Positions 12,301 to 27,300 of a stretch of 64,000 bases of DNA are shown here, piece after piece. Origin of the DNA: Ascidiella aspersa (Eukaryota); the NCBI GenBank assembly GCA_963924565.1, contig OZ004612.1, forward strand, positions 25,358,001-25,422,000. Direction: 5' to 3'. The translations under genes were made by a program, and so were the position numbers. Positions within the stretch are counted from its first letter, which is position 1, and each line of letters starts with the position of its first letter. The notes beneath the pieces were generated by a model. It made no database searches and had not been told where the DNA came from. It was given only the letters and a program-made list of their open reading frames with translations.

Positions 12301-15300
12301 ATTTGAAGTTTGGCCCCGGGACAAATTAATCAATATTGATTTTTTTACCAAACGACCTGGTGTCCTATATATGGCCTTCGGTGAAAACGGGACGTAAAAT
12401 ATAGGCCAGAGCTAACCACACAAATCTGAAGTGTGCATATACTTGAGTTAAAATGCTGACTCCGGTTCGCATCACGCAAACGCAATCTGCTTACGCGTTT
12501 AAGATTTTTGCGGAATCGCCCTTTGCACAAATTGTGTTAGTTACATTTGCTGAAAATTTCGCCTATGCGACTTGTACGACCTTTTATGTTTTATATATGT
12601 TCCATAATACAAGTGTTGGTAAATTAAAACTTTAACGAAATAAAAACGTGTACGATTAATTTGGACAAAAAAAGGAAAAACGTTTGCAACCTTTGAATAG
12701 GAAACACGACAAACAGAATACGTTGAAGTGGTGATAACATAATACTTTGTAAAAACGTTGCCCTTTACATGAATGATTTTTGGCATAAATACCAGTAGTG
12801 TAAAACTGCTTAATGTTGCCAAAGCTCTAGCGAGTATTTTTTTCCAGAATTTGATTTCGGAGAATGCAGCAAAGCAACCAGACAGAAGCCTAAGCGAAGT
12901 TACGCGAAACGAACCGCAAATTTGCGTGGAGTGGCGAGCAAATTTGCCCAACCAACAAAAAGGGGTCAGTTTGTTTGCGCGCGGTTTCAAATCAGCCGTT
13001 TACCCAAGGCCCCTCTAGTCTCGAATACGCCCAAAATAGAGGTAGCGGAGGTGTTGTTTGCTTGTGTGGGCGGTTGCAGCTGCAAACGTATGGCGTGACA
13101 GAAGCCAAGGTACAAACTCTCGGGTGCCGACGGTGCAAGAAAATAAGGATAGGAGATAAAGTTTGCTTTAAAAATTGGGTGGTTTACTTTGCACGCTAAA
13201 CACTGATGTAGAGTTTTAAAGTGGCAAAATTTTGTTAAAATTTTTAGGTCAGGGGCCGCTAAATTACGACCCGCGAGACAGATTTATCGCGTTACAGTTT
13301 AGTTCCTTCGGCCTGTGAAATACTTTCTTATTGTTATCAAAAATACGACTATTTAAATCTTTGTTAACGAAAATGTTCGCCGGGTGCAAATCTAAGTTGA
13401 ATTTTTACAGAATTTTAGATTAAACAACCTTTTCATAAAGCTCACTATATATCTTATCAAATACTTTTCAACGTTTTTTTCGTATAACATTAGAGTCAAA
13501 AATAAGTTTGACAAAAGTGTTACACCAAGCACGTCAATCTTGATTCACTTATGCGATCACCAGTCCTTTCAGTTATCCGGACGTTTATGAAAAAAAGTAC
13601 GGTGAATCCTGTTCTCGACGTACAAAATTTGTATTTTTAAGGGCTTTTCGATTTTGTCAATAAGATGCTCACGAACGGACAGGAACAGTCGTTTAACGCC
13701 GTCGGTTTTCATAAAAAATCATGTACGAAAACTGAAAGTTTAAATACACCAGCGCAAATCACAAGTTCAAGTTTATGAAAAAGTCGCCCTTTCTCTCTTT
13801 ACGCGATAAAAAACCTAAAAATTAACCTATTCCAATTGCAACAGGTTGAAGTTAAAAAACGATACAATAATTCAGAGGTTTAGCGTTAGACAAGACAATT
13901 CAGCCGAGGCCTCGATTTTATGTAGTTATGAGCCGCAAATGCGTCAAAGCGCAAACACCGGTCGCTGTGGCGGAACTTTTCCCGAAAGTCTTCGTTACAT
14001 TCAAGGACAGTTCGCATAACGCCGCGTGACACTGTGACCTTTTGGGAAGGCTATTTGCTCTGCATGGAATTCTACTGGCAAGGTCGTTTTCCAGAAAAAA
14101 AACATCACCAAGCCAATATTCCTGTAGGCCTTGAGATCGGGAGGTTTGCAAACCGATATACGGTTTTCCATAAAGCTGTTTTAGTTAATCGTGTGACGGT
14201 TTTTGGAAATATGTACTGAACGCTAGATTTTCGCTACAATTACAGTTGTGTTTTTGGAAAGTATATTATGGAAGTTTAACGGACCGCCAAACACATCAAA
14301 ACCACAAAAAATTACCAAATTTATAATAGACTGAAATTGCTGCATTTTAGCTTTAGCTTTACATTACGGGAGTGTATAAAGAGTCAGGGTTTTTTGCAGA
14401 CGCTAAATTAAAAAAATGTAGATTTTCGCTACAATTGCAGAGTTATGTTTTTGGAAAGCAGTATGAAAGTTTAACGGACCGCTTGGGCACCAAAACGCAA
14501 ATAAAGTCTAAAAAAGCTTTAATAGAGTAAAGTTGCTGTATTTTAGGCTTTAGCTTTGCATTAAGGGCGTTTATTAAGAGTCTGTTTTTTTTTAAACTCG
14601 GTTAAAAAATGTTGTTTCTTTAATCCTTACCTTTAAAATCAGTTAAAAAATGTTGTTTCTTTAATCCTTACCTTGACTTTCTCGGCAATAAGCACGTCCA
14701 ACCAGGCGGTGTCGATCTGGTTGTGCTGGAAGCTTGGATCTTCGAGCAAACGGCCCAAGTACTCGACCGTGGTGCGGAAATCACCTCGGATCGAGAGCTC
14801 CTTCAGCGCCATCACCATGTTGCTGTAAGTAAATACCAAAAAGGCGATTAAAAATACAAGCCAAGTGTTCACGAAACTTGTTTCGGTTATGTCGGTATGG
14901 ATCTCATTTCGTTGCGATTTCGACACTGCCGATTTACCTGTGGCGTCCAACTGGAAATTTAAAGCAAACTGAAGTAAATACATTATAATAAAACGTTTTA
15001 CTTTAAGAACGGAATTGGGCAGAATTTGGAAATAGCGGAACCTATTCTACGTTTCGAGAACCAAAGCACTCAAAAAACGTCCAAAGCACTTACGATATGG
15101 CGTATTCCCGGTTTTCTCCCCATGCAAAGCAATGGCCGAACTGTGAGTCGGCATATTCGTGCAGACCACCGGCTGCTCCAACGCTGAAGTATCCCCACAC
15201 GTTCTTGCTGCTGCGGAAGTTAAGCTCCTGTACCGTACCTGCGTTTAAATGTGTAGATGTTATAGCTGTTTTGGAGCACACCGCTGTTTACTTTGTCAAA

Positions 15301-18300
15301 CAGCTAAAAGTGTTAATATTACACGAGCCTTTTAAGCTATATGTTAAACACAGACATTTGTTTATATTTTTTTCCGGTTAAGATTTGTCATTACCAAACA
15401 ACAAAAAAAAATCTTTAAAACAAATCAATATTTTATTAATATTGAGCTGCAAACTTTTACATAAGTACAAACAACGGTTAACACATGCGTAATAACGTAT
15501 ATAATATGCTAAAAATGCGAACTTTGAAGATGTTAATTCCCTTACGTGTGCAAAAAACATCCCAATTGGACGCCATCATTATAGCTTTTTGCAATATTTG
15601 GGACTTCACTTCAAAATTTATTATTTTTATACATTGATATACTTGAGATAGTGGACAGCAATGTTCCACACTTGGGCAAAATGCCGAGGAGTTCAAAAAC
15701 AGTGCACAAATATTTTCATAGCTAAGCTATGCCGACGCGCGAAAAACCAGGTGTTAGCATTTTTGGAGACAAGCAAAGGTCAAACACCGTCGACTTCGCC
15801 GTTTTTAAAGCCAAACATTGCAAGCCCCAAGGTTATTTCGTGTGACCTTGAACATTGCCGTGCATTGCAGGCCAAAGAGAATAACACGGCAATTGTGCAT
15901 TCAACAAAGCAAGCACTAATCTCTTACCGGCGCTCGGCTTGAAACCTTCGTCGGGATTTTCACTGGTGATTCTGGCAGCTATCACGTGACCGTGTGGCTC
16001 TGGGTCGTTACGTGGTCTGCAAAAAATGTGTGAATAAATTTTAAGTAATAAAAGCGATAAGGCTTAACATGGGCCTATTAAACTAGAAAAGCGCGACTTT
16101 TGTGATACTCGCAATATAAGCGTTTCGGTATTACTAGATTTAAAGTAATACAACTTTTGTTTCGTGGCTTTTAAGAAAACAATAATAACAAGTTTGAAAA
16201 CCCCCAAAAAATCAGGTCGGCAACGATTGAAAGCATTGAATTACAGGGAAAAAAATTCGGCATCTGTTATTTTAACACTATTGTGGTCGTGGACACAAAC
16301 AAATGCGGAAGTTGTTGTTTTAATAGGCGGCCTTTATAAAAACAATGAGTCAAAACGGAATGATCCTGAAAAATAGTTTTATCAGGCCATTATTATTAAT
16401 AATAACATTAATACGGCGCCCGTCGAGACAGTTATCCGGTATATGACTAGATCAACGCCTCGCAAAAGATCAGTCTCTCGTTCTATCAATTAAAAAAAGA
16501 AAAAAACGAAAAGGAGAGATAGAGAGAGAGAACGAGAAAAAATTTAAAAGAGAAAAAGAGTGAGAGAGGAAGAAAAAGAGTAGGAGAAAAAAAATGAGAG
16601 GGAAAGACAGAGAGAGAGAGCCAGTTTTCGGCTCGGTCACTCACGTTATAAAGTCGATGGGCGTGTCGGAGGCGGGGTCTTCCTGGTATAGGATGCGGAT
16701 GTCGCGGATTCGATGCAGGGGAATCCCCATGGCAACTTGCAGTTGTGCGGCGGGCAAGTTTACGTCGGCGATCATTTCGGTGCAAGGGTGCTCGACCTAA
16801 ATGGAAAGGACGGGTCAAAATATGCGTAGAAGTAGATATTATGAGCGTGGCAAATTTAAAAATGCCCTGGCTGGGTTATGACGTCGTAAATTGTGTTTTG
16901 AGGGTTGTTTATATTGTCCTTTTTTTTGTACCATAGCGACTTAAATTCCAGTTTTTAATACGTAAGTAAATGTTATAAAATACTAGTTAAAAAAAACGAA
17001 TTCCTGTAAACTTTTAAAGGTAAATTAATTATCAGTGATCGAAAAGCTTGGCGCATAACCAAATAAAAACACATTAAAAGCATTGAGCTTTAACGCCTAA
17101 GGCCTAAGTTGTATAAAATTCTACTCCAGACAATGTTGTACTTATATAAAAAAAACACATACGTTGATTCTTTACTCCCCAAAAAACCGTTATTACTTTG
17201 CTGCCCACAATTTACGCACAGAAAAATTAATTACGTCGCAATTTAAATTTAGCGACAATTCAAAACAAGAGTTGACAAATAAAACACAGGTAGGGAAAAA
17301 ACTTGCCAGTCGCAGCATCACAAACCTGTAATCGCGGGTTCAGTTCCAGAAAGGCGTAAGTTCCGTCTTCGCTGTACAAATACTCCACGGTTCCCGCACT
17401 CACGTAGCCAACCATCTTGGCCAGAGCAACCGCGTCCTGATGATGAAAAATATGAACCCTTTTTGCAGGTGCTTGACGTTTGACCCGAAGGCGGCGCGGT
17501 CAAAGTTCGGTGAGCACACGAAATGCGGTCAAGCCGGCGAGACGCCAGAAAATGGGAAATATTAAGGTCAGAAATACCGCATTTTTTATGTTTTGGCCAC
17601 AAATGACGTTTGGTAATCAGTAACCGTGAGATATACGAGCACAACCTCGTGATTTTTACGAACCGTTGTTTTATTGCTTTTTAACGCGCAAGTTCTTTAT
17701 CAAAGGCTACAAATGTCAATGTGCAATACACTAGCCCTACAAGCCTATTGCAAGGTTTGATTGCAGAACTTAAATTTACGCTGTCTATACGTAGAAGTTT
17801 ATGAAACCGTTTTGAATGCAGATAAGACCTAATCAATCTACGAATAGTGCTCAACAAGTAGGACACGAAAAATACCAATTTCAGATTCTTTACCTTTCAG
17901 CAACAGACAAAAAAATACAGGCGGCTTTTAATATTCCCGCACATGCCCTAAACAACATTTTCATTCGATTCCGCTAAATCTGAGTAAAGGTTTACGTGTA
18001 CGTAAAAATCGAGTACAAACATGCGAAGGAAAACATCCGAGTGTCTTTCCCAGCCAAATAGTACCCAATGGCAATTTTTCAGGCAGCAACGAATTTTTCA
18101 GGTCGTCTTGTTTGTACAGCAGTGGTCGGACGACCGGGCGCCGTAATTCGTACAGCGTGCGTATAATGGGACGGATGCGGTTTTAAGTTACACAAAACTT
18201 CTGCTGCCTGCGAAAACAGCAGGTTAACGGGATACGGATTTTAATGTGGCTGAAATGGCCGGTTTATATCGACAATTGTGAGCTGTCCTTTTAGCGGATA

Positions 18301-21300
18301 CATATGGGCTCGATTTTTGATCGAATGGCGACTTTTTCGGATTTTTTACGGCAACGTTAGTTTCGGATTCCAAAAACAATAGTTAAAAGGTGGGTGGAAT
18401 AATCGAGTCGAAAAAGTTTTTCGTGCAGACGGAGTTTATTTACAATGGAAAAATACTTTTCAAATCGCTTGTTAGCTTAAAAATCACAAATATATATATA
18501 TCCTAAAATTAACAAACTAGCTGGACATACATGGCAAAAAACACGCTGAATTACCCAAAATCTAAAATAGAATTCCTAAAAAAGAATGACCAACCTGGTA
18601 GGCATTAATCACCCAATAAACCAGGTCCACAAACCACAAAAACAGCATATTTTACCTCCACAGAACAAAACCCATTCGCCACAGGATACATTGTTAAAAT
18701 TTAACAGGAAACGTGAAAAAACAATAACAACTCTAAAATTGTTCTTGGCGATTTTTTTCATTGAATCTTACAATTGATACAATGACTGGCAGTCTGGCAG
18801 CAACGGTATCTTGGCAGTAAACTAACCTTCTCCATTTTGGTCCATACGTCGCGGCTTGCCACCGTGGTGGGAGCCTCTTCGATAATCTTCTGGTGACGGC
18901 GCTGAATGGAACAGTCGCGTCCAAACAGCGATATGGCGTTGCCGTACTGATCGGCGAGCACTTGCACTTCGAGATGGCGCGATCTGAGAAGAAAGTTTGA
19001 TTGTGAGCAGGTTTAAAGCGCCGACGAAAAATAAAAACTTAAAATTTGCAAGACCCTCGATTTTTTATGTTTTCTTTTTTCAATGTTTGCTAACTGCGTT
19101 TTGGTTAGTTTGAAGTGGATTAATAACGTATTTTTTTAAAAACGTTTTTTAATTTTCCGTAATAAATTAAAAAACAACTCTCTCGTTTAAAATCCGATTA
19201 ATATAAAAAAACGTTGGAAAAGCCACAATTTTTTTTAGAAAATCAGATTTCAAAATACACTGACCATTGAAGATGCACTGTCAATTTAGTAAACGTTCGT
19301 TGATGATTTTAAACCAAACTTTATTGTGATTCTCGTTAATTTTTAACGGCACAAAAAGTGTAAACTTACTGCGTTGCAAGCTTCATAATGAAGACTGGGG
19401 AACCAGGAACTTCGGACTGAACTTGACGCAAGGCTGCCGGAAAGTCCTCAGGACAATTGACCTTGCGGATGCCCTTGCCACCACCGCCCTCCGAAGCCTT
19501 GATCATCACAGGGTAGCCGATTTTCATGGCGCTCTGACGAGGAAAAACAGGGGTAGTGGTAAGATTTTAAACCGGCGTTTTTCAACCTTTTTTTCATGAT
19601 GCGCCAAATATTAATCTTGGGTGTTTACACGTTTTCACTTCTTCTATAAACTTATTTAACTACTTTTTTAATTGAAAACTTACTAAGAAATTGTTAAGCA
19701 AAATTGTCAAAAAACCACGCTGTGATCAATTTTTTTCGGCTGGGCGGGGCTTGAGTTTAGCGAAGCGTGGCAGCTCGACACAATGTAATTAAATGCAAAT
19801 TACGCTTTTCCCAGCTCGTCTCAGCTGTAGTGCAAACGGGTCTTTATAGTGAAGCTTTGGCGACCCAACCCTCTTCGCTGAACTTTTTGTATGAGACATT
19901 ATCATAACAAAAAAATTATTTTATCGCATGGTTTTACCTTTTAAAATGAGAAATTTAAGTCAGGTTAAAAAAGGTTGTTCTATAGTATATCTTATTGACT
20001 TTGCTTTTTAATATCGGCCAGCGAATAAGACAAAGGGCGGTTGGTTATATTAATGCATAATTTATGGCTCTGTGTTTGCCAACTTCAATCGTCAAATGGT
20101 GGATTGTTTAATGTTTACGGTCAGTCAACTTTGAAGCGGCCCACGTCTAAAGGTTTAGAAAAGCTAAATAGCTTTATTTTAATCGATTAATCAATAACGC
20201 CCTTGTGGGACATTTCTTCGGCTGATAATAAGACTGCCTGTCAAATAGTTTAGAGTTATCCAAAGATATATATAGATATATATTCAAATGTTTTCTATGA
20301 CCGCAGTGTTGTAAATAAGCTAATTCATCACTGAAGTCCCAGTCAAGTAATTTGCAAAAATCTCAAGTCAAGTCCATGTTTTTACTTCCCAAGAAAAGTC
20401 ATTAGCATTAAAAGTAAATGTTTTAAACCATTTACATTGGCATTGCTAACCTTACTACATATAACTAAACACAAAAACTTGGGTGAAGACAAGACAAGAC
20501 ATTCGCAAACAATGACTTTAGCACATCGACGTATTACAGTTACTACAACGAGGTTTCTATAATAGAAACAGGTTCCTTAAGATTTCTTGCGCTGTTTAAA
20601 GTTTAAACTAACTGGTGGTGCCGCTGTTTGAAAAACATTATATTTTCGGGTAAATTGGGAATTGTTTGTCAAACTGACCAAACAAGAGGGGATCAAAAGT
20701 AAGCAAAGAAGCGACGTCCGTCAACAGAAAAACACACACATTATTATCGCAGATGCACCGAAGCACTCGAAAAGCAGTCGGAGCAGGCAGCTTGAAATAG
20801 AGCTGACCATTACTTCCTAGAAGCTGGCCTTATCGCAATGCTTTACGGTAAAAAAGCAGGTAATTGAGCCGCCATGGAGCAAAACGCTAAAGGCGAGTGG
20901 CTACGGTATTTGCAACGAAGCTGTTATCGCATTGCAGACAAACAACCAAGTGCCGGCGACGAAGAGCGAAATTATGGCTTGCTGCTCGGCTTACGAAACG
21001 CGAGGGGATTAGCGGGTGTAAGTTTGATCAGATAAGTAATAGGGCATCTGTTGTTGGAAAAAATGGGAAACGGTCGATTTGAAAAGTCAGCGAGAAAAGC
21101 AAAATGCGTGTTGTTCCCCTTAAATGATTTAATTGCATTCACACCGGGAAATTCCAAGAAAAACAAGTTATGTTTGTACAAATTTTGGTTACAATCAAAT
21201 GGGTGTCTTTTTACCGTCTTTTAATCAATCTATAAGATATTATTTTGTCGAAAACAAAAAACCCAAAAAACATCCTCAATCAATTTATTTTGTAAAAAAA

Positions 21301-24300
21301 ACAAAACAAAAATCATCAATTAAATTATTTTGCCGAAAAAAATAAATAAATAAACATCATCAGGCTATTAGACATTATTTTGTCGAAAAAAACATCATCA
21401 ATCAATTATATATTATTTTGTAAAAAAAGCATCATCAATTAAATTATTTTGTCAAAAAGACAAACAAAATATTGCCAGACTGTCAGACATTATTTTGTCG
21501 AAAAACATGGTCAGTATATCTACCTTCAAGGCGTCTTCCACGTTGTCCACACATCCCTTGCTATAAAGCTCATCAGGAACACTGTGGATGCAGAACCCCG
21601 GTTCGCCATTGCTTCGCTTGGCGCCGTTGCTTTCAATACTGACGTACTGGTTGTCCAAGCCGTTCCTAAGGTCCTCAGCCATAGAAAGGCCGGAACCGCT
21701 CCAGGGAAGGGTTGGAACCCCGGCCGTCTGGGCCACGATCGACGAGGCGATCTTGTCACCTAGGGGTCAAGGTTAAATGGAGGGGTCAAATCGGGGCAAG
21801 AATTCTCCAAAGGGGTTGTGAGAATAAGCAGGTTTGAACATTGTTTGCTGCTGTTTTTTACGTCTATTTAACATTTCTTTATAATATTGACAGGTTTTTT
21901 CAAGGTTGTTGTCGTTTGTTGTGGGATTCCAAAATAAATTTAGAGGAACTAAACTATTTCATCTAGAGACCGTTTCGGACCCTCGAAACACATTAAAAAA
22001 TCATTGAACAGAATATCATAATTTTTCCAATTTTCAAGTATGACTTTGTGCGGGTTGAGCAATACGAAATCATGACAAATTCTTATTACATTTTGAAAGT
22101 TATCTGTGCTTTTAAAATAGATTGTTTGAAGTACTTTGCATTGAATCAAACAGAAATATATTTTTAAAAGTATGATGTTTTTTAAAAAAGTCATAAAAAA
22201 AATTATTTAAAAAAATGAACGGTTATTTAGTCGTGCATCCTAATATAGCCAAGTGTTTTACTGCGCCGCTTTACCTCTCAATGTTGGTAAAATAATAATA
22301 CAAATCAAAATCGCTAGTTGAAAAAGTAACAACGGCATGTCTTGACAAACTGTCCTACATAGACCAAGTTAGTTTAAAAGCACCGAATAAGAATGTAGAA
22401 GTGGAATACTCACCAAGAGCCCACATTGCAGAGGCTGAAGGCCCTAGGAAGGCGATGTCGAGCTTACTCAGTTTTTCCGGCAGCTTCGGGTTTTCGCTGG
22501 CGTGTCCCCAGCCCGCCCACACACCCTATATAAGAAAGCAAAAAAGTGTTGGCGCTGTATCTGCCTAAGCGTTATGTTGTACAATGCCATCAACAACCTA
22601 CGACTAGCCGGCCAAATACAGAGGGTGCAAATATGGAGCAATATTTTTATGATATAAACTAAATAACAATTTAATAAATCTCACTATTAGTAAATTATTT
22701 TTTTGTTTTCTTATTTCAATAATATAATTAGGCAATACAAAGTTCAAAATTAGCCCGCGGTTGTCAGTCTTTCAAATTTATCGAGCGATGAAATTTATCT
22801 CGGGTTCTTACAGCTCTTGTGGTTCTCCCGTCATTCATAAAACGTTGGTTGACTCCTGTACTTAATCATATGCAAAGAACTGCCGTATATATGAGACGCT
22901 GTTTAAAGCGCTGCCGTAATGTTAAGATATACCAGGTACGCTACTTTTTAGTAGAGCTAAAACGAGAGAGCATTAGTTCTTAAAAGACTTAAAAATTGAC
23001 GCGAAACTTTCTGTGAGTTTTTTAAAATATTCAAATCACAACAAAAATGCAGCCAAGCACACAATGCGTCACGTTTGTTTTTCTTATTCAAAAAAAAAAA
23101 ACGCAAGCTAAAACAAATTGAAAACCACTGCTTTAATGTCTGGTTTTAAATACAGCTATTTTGACTTTCGTAGATTGGTTAGAAGGCCCTAGCCCACAAA
23201 AGCAACAGTTAAAAGCTTGTGTTGCTTGGGTGTAACAAAAGTGAACCGCTAGTAATTTTATGACTTTGTAAATAAATTATTAAGATTTACAATTAAAACA
23301 TGTGTTGACAGGAGATTGATTAGTCAATAATATATTAATCTTAACAAAAACGAGTTAAAGTTTTGAAACGCTGCACTATTTTTTGCAAATACATTTTGTT
23401 GGTAAAGGCATTCGGGCGCACCACCAGACACATCACGGCTTGAGGCTGCCCTATTATTTTGCAACAATAAGAAACAACAGACGCCCAGTCAGGCCATGAC
23501 GCGCGTCATACTCGAGACCCTGGGGTTGTTCTCAAAGAACAGTGCCTGGCGTCATTGGCGGGTTACTGTCGATCACGCAGTCTCGAGCGGGGTTACTGTC
23601 GGTCAACACGTGATCGCCGGCTGTTTTGCGTGCGTTACAAATGTTGTTTTTCGGTGAAACAAGTTTAATGTGTATGTACGATTGGCTGGCGCGTGGTTGG
23701 CAATTTCAGACAGCACGCAACTTACTGGCTTCCTTTGCGAAAGGCTTATTGTGGCGTGGTTAATTATCACGGGTTCGTGGCGTGTTTCTCACACGCACTT
23801 CACTCCACCACAAGTGCGCTTTGTACGCTGAGCACTGTTAGATCTATACCATTTAAATTGATTTTAACATGACGCAGTGATAATATCAAAGCGCATACAC
23901 AAGTTGGTATCATTTTGAACCTTTCGAATAACGATGTTAAAAATGAACAGTTATTCGAAACGTTCAAAATGATACCTACTTGTGTATGCGCTTTGCTATT
24001 CTTACTACAATCTCCAAGCTTTATGCTCCAAAGATTTGACATGATTTGGACGATCAACTGTTTACGGTTTATTACTTTCCAGTTAGCTTTAAACTATAAG
24101 GGTATCCAAAAGGCAGGGAAACAGTTATATTTCACACAGGCGACTTGCAGAATATTGCGTTTAAAGGGAACTTGAAATCAAAACCTAGTGAAATAAACGA
24201 TCCGCTTGTCTGGCAGCAAAATGCATGTAGCGTTATTTTTTAATTTAGCGGCTGTAGGAATTCTCGCCAAAACCACGCTAATGTGTCGATCGCCTAATTG

Positions 24301-27300
24301 CTGCATGTCCACAAAAATGGCCATGGAAACTGGCTAAAATGCTTTAATCTAAGGCAAAACGTGGCTATAAAGTAGTCAATCTAAAGAATATAAAATCTCC
24401 AACGGAGTAGTAACGGTAAAAATTGTTTACTCGCCAACTTAAAAGCGGTTGTCTCATTTTTTATACAACAGGTCTAGAGTCAACAGAAAAAATTCGATTT
24501 ACCTTGCAAGACATTCAAAGACTTTTCGCAGAATTTTTTTAGGTTTTTTTTTTTTAAGAAATAATTCGAAAAGAAAGAAGTTATTTGTGTTTTTTTAACG
24601 GCACTTTTTACACACATAGCTGAAGCTAATCATATAACAAAAACCTAAAAAATCAGGGTTTTTAAGACGCTTCAATACGCAAATCAATCCAAAGACTTTT
24701 TAAGACCAACACTGTTGTTGTGCTTGCCACAAACTGAAGTGAACAAATAATACAGAATTCAAACCGACCTGAACGTTGGTGCGTTTGGCCAGGTCGACTA
24801 TGAGCTCGACATTTGCATAGTTGTTGTTGTTGGCGCCGCCCGGTACATGTACGTAGCTGTCCGCCATCTTAATGTACTCGGCGTTGGCGTTAAGGTCTTC
24901 GGGTGTTACCATTGCCACGAAGTGGATGGCCTTCTCGTTTCTGAACATCTCGTAGGCCCAGCGCCGCACTGAGCGCATGCATTTCACTGCCGCGATGCCG
25001 TTGTTGGCGATCAGCACCTGTGTAAAGCATTGAGTGTGATTTTTCATGAACTACAGGCATCCGTCTCGTAAGTGTATAATGATAATGGCTGTCAAGCTTT
25101 GTCTATTCGGCGAGCCCTTTTCTCATATTTAACATTGAAAAATAGGAAGGATACTTGAAGTTTAGTTTAGATTAGAGATAGACCGATATATCGGTTTACC
25201 GATAACGGTTATATCGGTTTTGTTAAATTTTGGCCGATATTTTACTACGAACATATGATATAGTTTTTCCTCAAAAAACAAGCAACATGCAAAATAAGTT
25301 TAATTAATATAGGAAGATAAACTAAAATATTATTTGGATTTTATTTTAAATTAATTCAACTTTTTTTTGAAAAAATCAGGTTGGCAAAAACGTAAAAAAA
25401 ATAAACGTAAAACTAAATAAGAGTTTAATAAATTGGGTTGGCGAAAACGTAAGAAAATCGGCCGATAAAAGTGATATCTGTCGATCTCTAGTTTTTTAAT
25501 GTTTTAATGTCGTATTTTCTAAAAAAAAATCGTTTGAAGTGAGACCTCCCTGCGTTGGATCACTTAACAAGGTCAAAATACAGAAATTAAATTGGCATTT
25601 GATCGGCACCGCTATCACAGCTTTGCATCGAATATCGGCGCCTATTCCATACCATGGGACATCCATGTTTCGTTTCCTGCTTCTGCACGCAATTCGTAAA
25701 ACTACTAGCAACTCAGCTGCGAATTATGTTTTGCACAAGTCATTCATTTCATATCGAAAGCCCAAACACTAACAAATTCGCGTATAAACTTTAAACAAAG
25801 GTTTCGCAGTCGATACAGGTTAAACTTAGCGATCAGGATTATTGTTGGCTATTAGTAAGACCCGATCGTATGGTAGGATTAGTTAGTTGTCACCTAGTCT
25901 TATTGATCTGACACTAAATATATACGTAACAAAAAGGATACAATGTTGTGGATAGTCGATTTAAATGTTAGTCAAAACTGATCATCATTTATCTCTACTC
26001 TATGTAAAAATTAATAATACTAAAAATGCCATAGAATTAGATCGTTTTTGGCGGTACATTAAATTGACATTTAATAACTTAATACAATGGGGGCCTTTAT
26101 TCTGCAACCATTCAGCACCTACGTCGATTGATGGATTACTTGAAAATCAATAATCACCATCTGCTGACATTTTTTTACGAAAAAAAAACACAGCTATTGA
26201 ATTAATATAGCCATTGAAATAATATTGGTACGTCGATACCTTACATTTAGTCATTGGTTAGATTAATAGTCTTCAATTGGCTCCCCGCTGTAAATGGTAC
26301 ATGAGAAATATATCAATAAATCAAAATAAGTTATGTTACTATTGGATGTATTAACAATCAAAAGCTCGGCCAGTCACATACATTTTGATTTATCCTAAGA
26401 TCTACTGAAATAAAAACTGTCGTTCGACAATATACAGCCGAGCGGACAATTTTTCCATTTTGATTCACCAAAGCGATAAAATTCGATTTACACGGCTTTC
26501 CGAGGGTTCGTTTTTCGCTTTGGCCGGAATACAACATTTCAAGTCGTAAATTATTGATGGTGCCCATGAAAACCGACTGTCAGCAATTAAATCCGCAGCT
26601 CGGCTTTGTAGCCTGCCAGAGATAATAACAGCTTGTCGTCGGTTGTGTTAAAAGGGACGACGTTTTACAGCCCAATAAACCAAGATTGAACGAAACCCTA
26701 CATATGCGCAAACAAAACAACTGATGGTTGGATATAGCTCAAAATGAATGAAAAGCCTTGCTCTAATAAGCTTAAATATAACCGTTTTACGATGCTCAAA
26801 CAAGCTTTCTTAGTAATGGTGGATTACACCGTGAACCGTATCCTAGCAGGCCACTTCCGTGAATTTACCACACTTTAAATAAACCTAATGAGTTAAAGCA
26901 GGGTTGTTTAACAAACGAAAACTATCCAAAACCATGCGGAAAATACGCTCAAAGTTGAACAATAAACTCATAAAGGCAATAATGCTATCTTGATTAGTAG
27001 AGCCTGTTTTCTACTTGTATCACTAAATGCATTGCGTGCCAAAATTCGGGCAAGATTTTGTAATGAGCGTCTCGTTTAGACAAAGTGCAACCCCAGCAGT
27101 GTATGAATAAATAAGGCAACTATACAGGCCCGTTGGTCGAGAACCTTGAAAAAATATTCCAGTTATTCTCATTAAATAAAAGGTAATATTTATTTGAATT
27201 AAGGTATCATTTTTATAAACTAAATCTAAAACTTGTTTTTCTTTACCCTTGTGTTTTTACAAACTTCAGTTGGAAGTTTAAAAAAGGTGGTGCAAATCTA

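Noticed and set aside
12541-12990. 149-aa minus-strand ORF in ACC intron
   Set aside because: Starts at a non-ATG codon, intron-like composition, no motifs.
21240-21510. CRISPR-like spaced repeats
   Set aside because: Eukaryotic AT-rich minisatellite with no unique spacers and no cas genes.
23800-24175. Opposing ORFs sharing MIPTCVCAL
   Set aside because: A consequence of the DNA palindrome, not coding.
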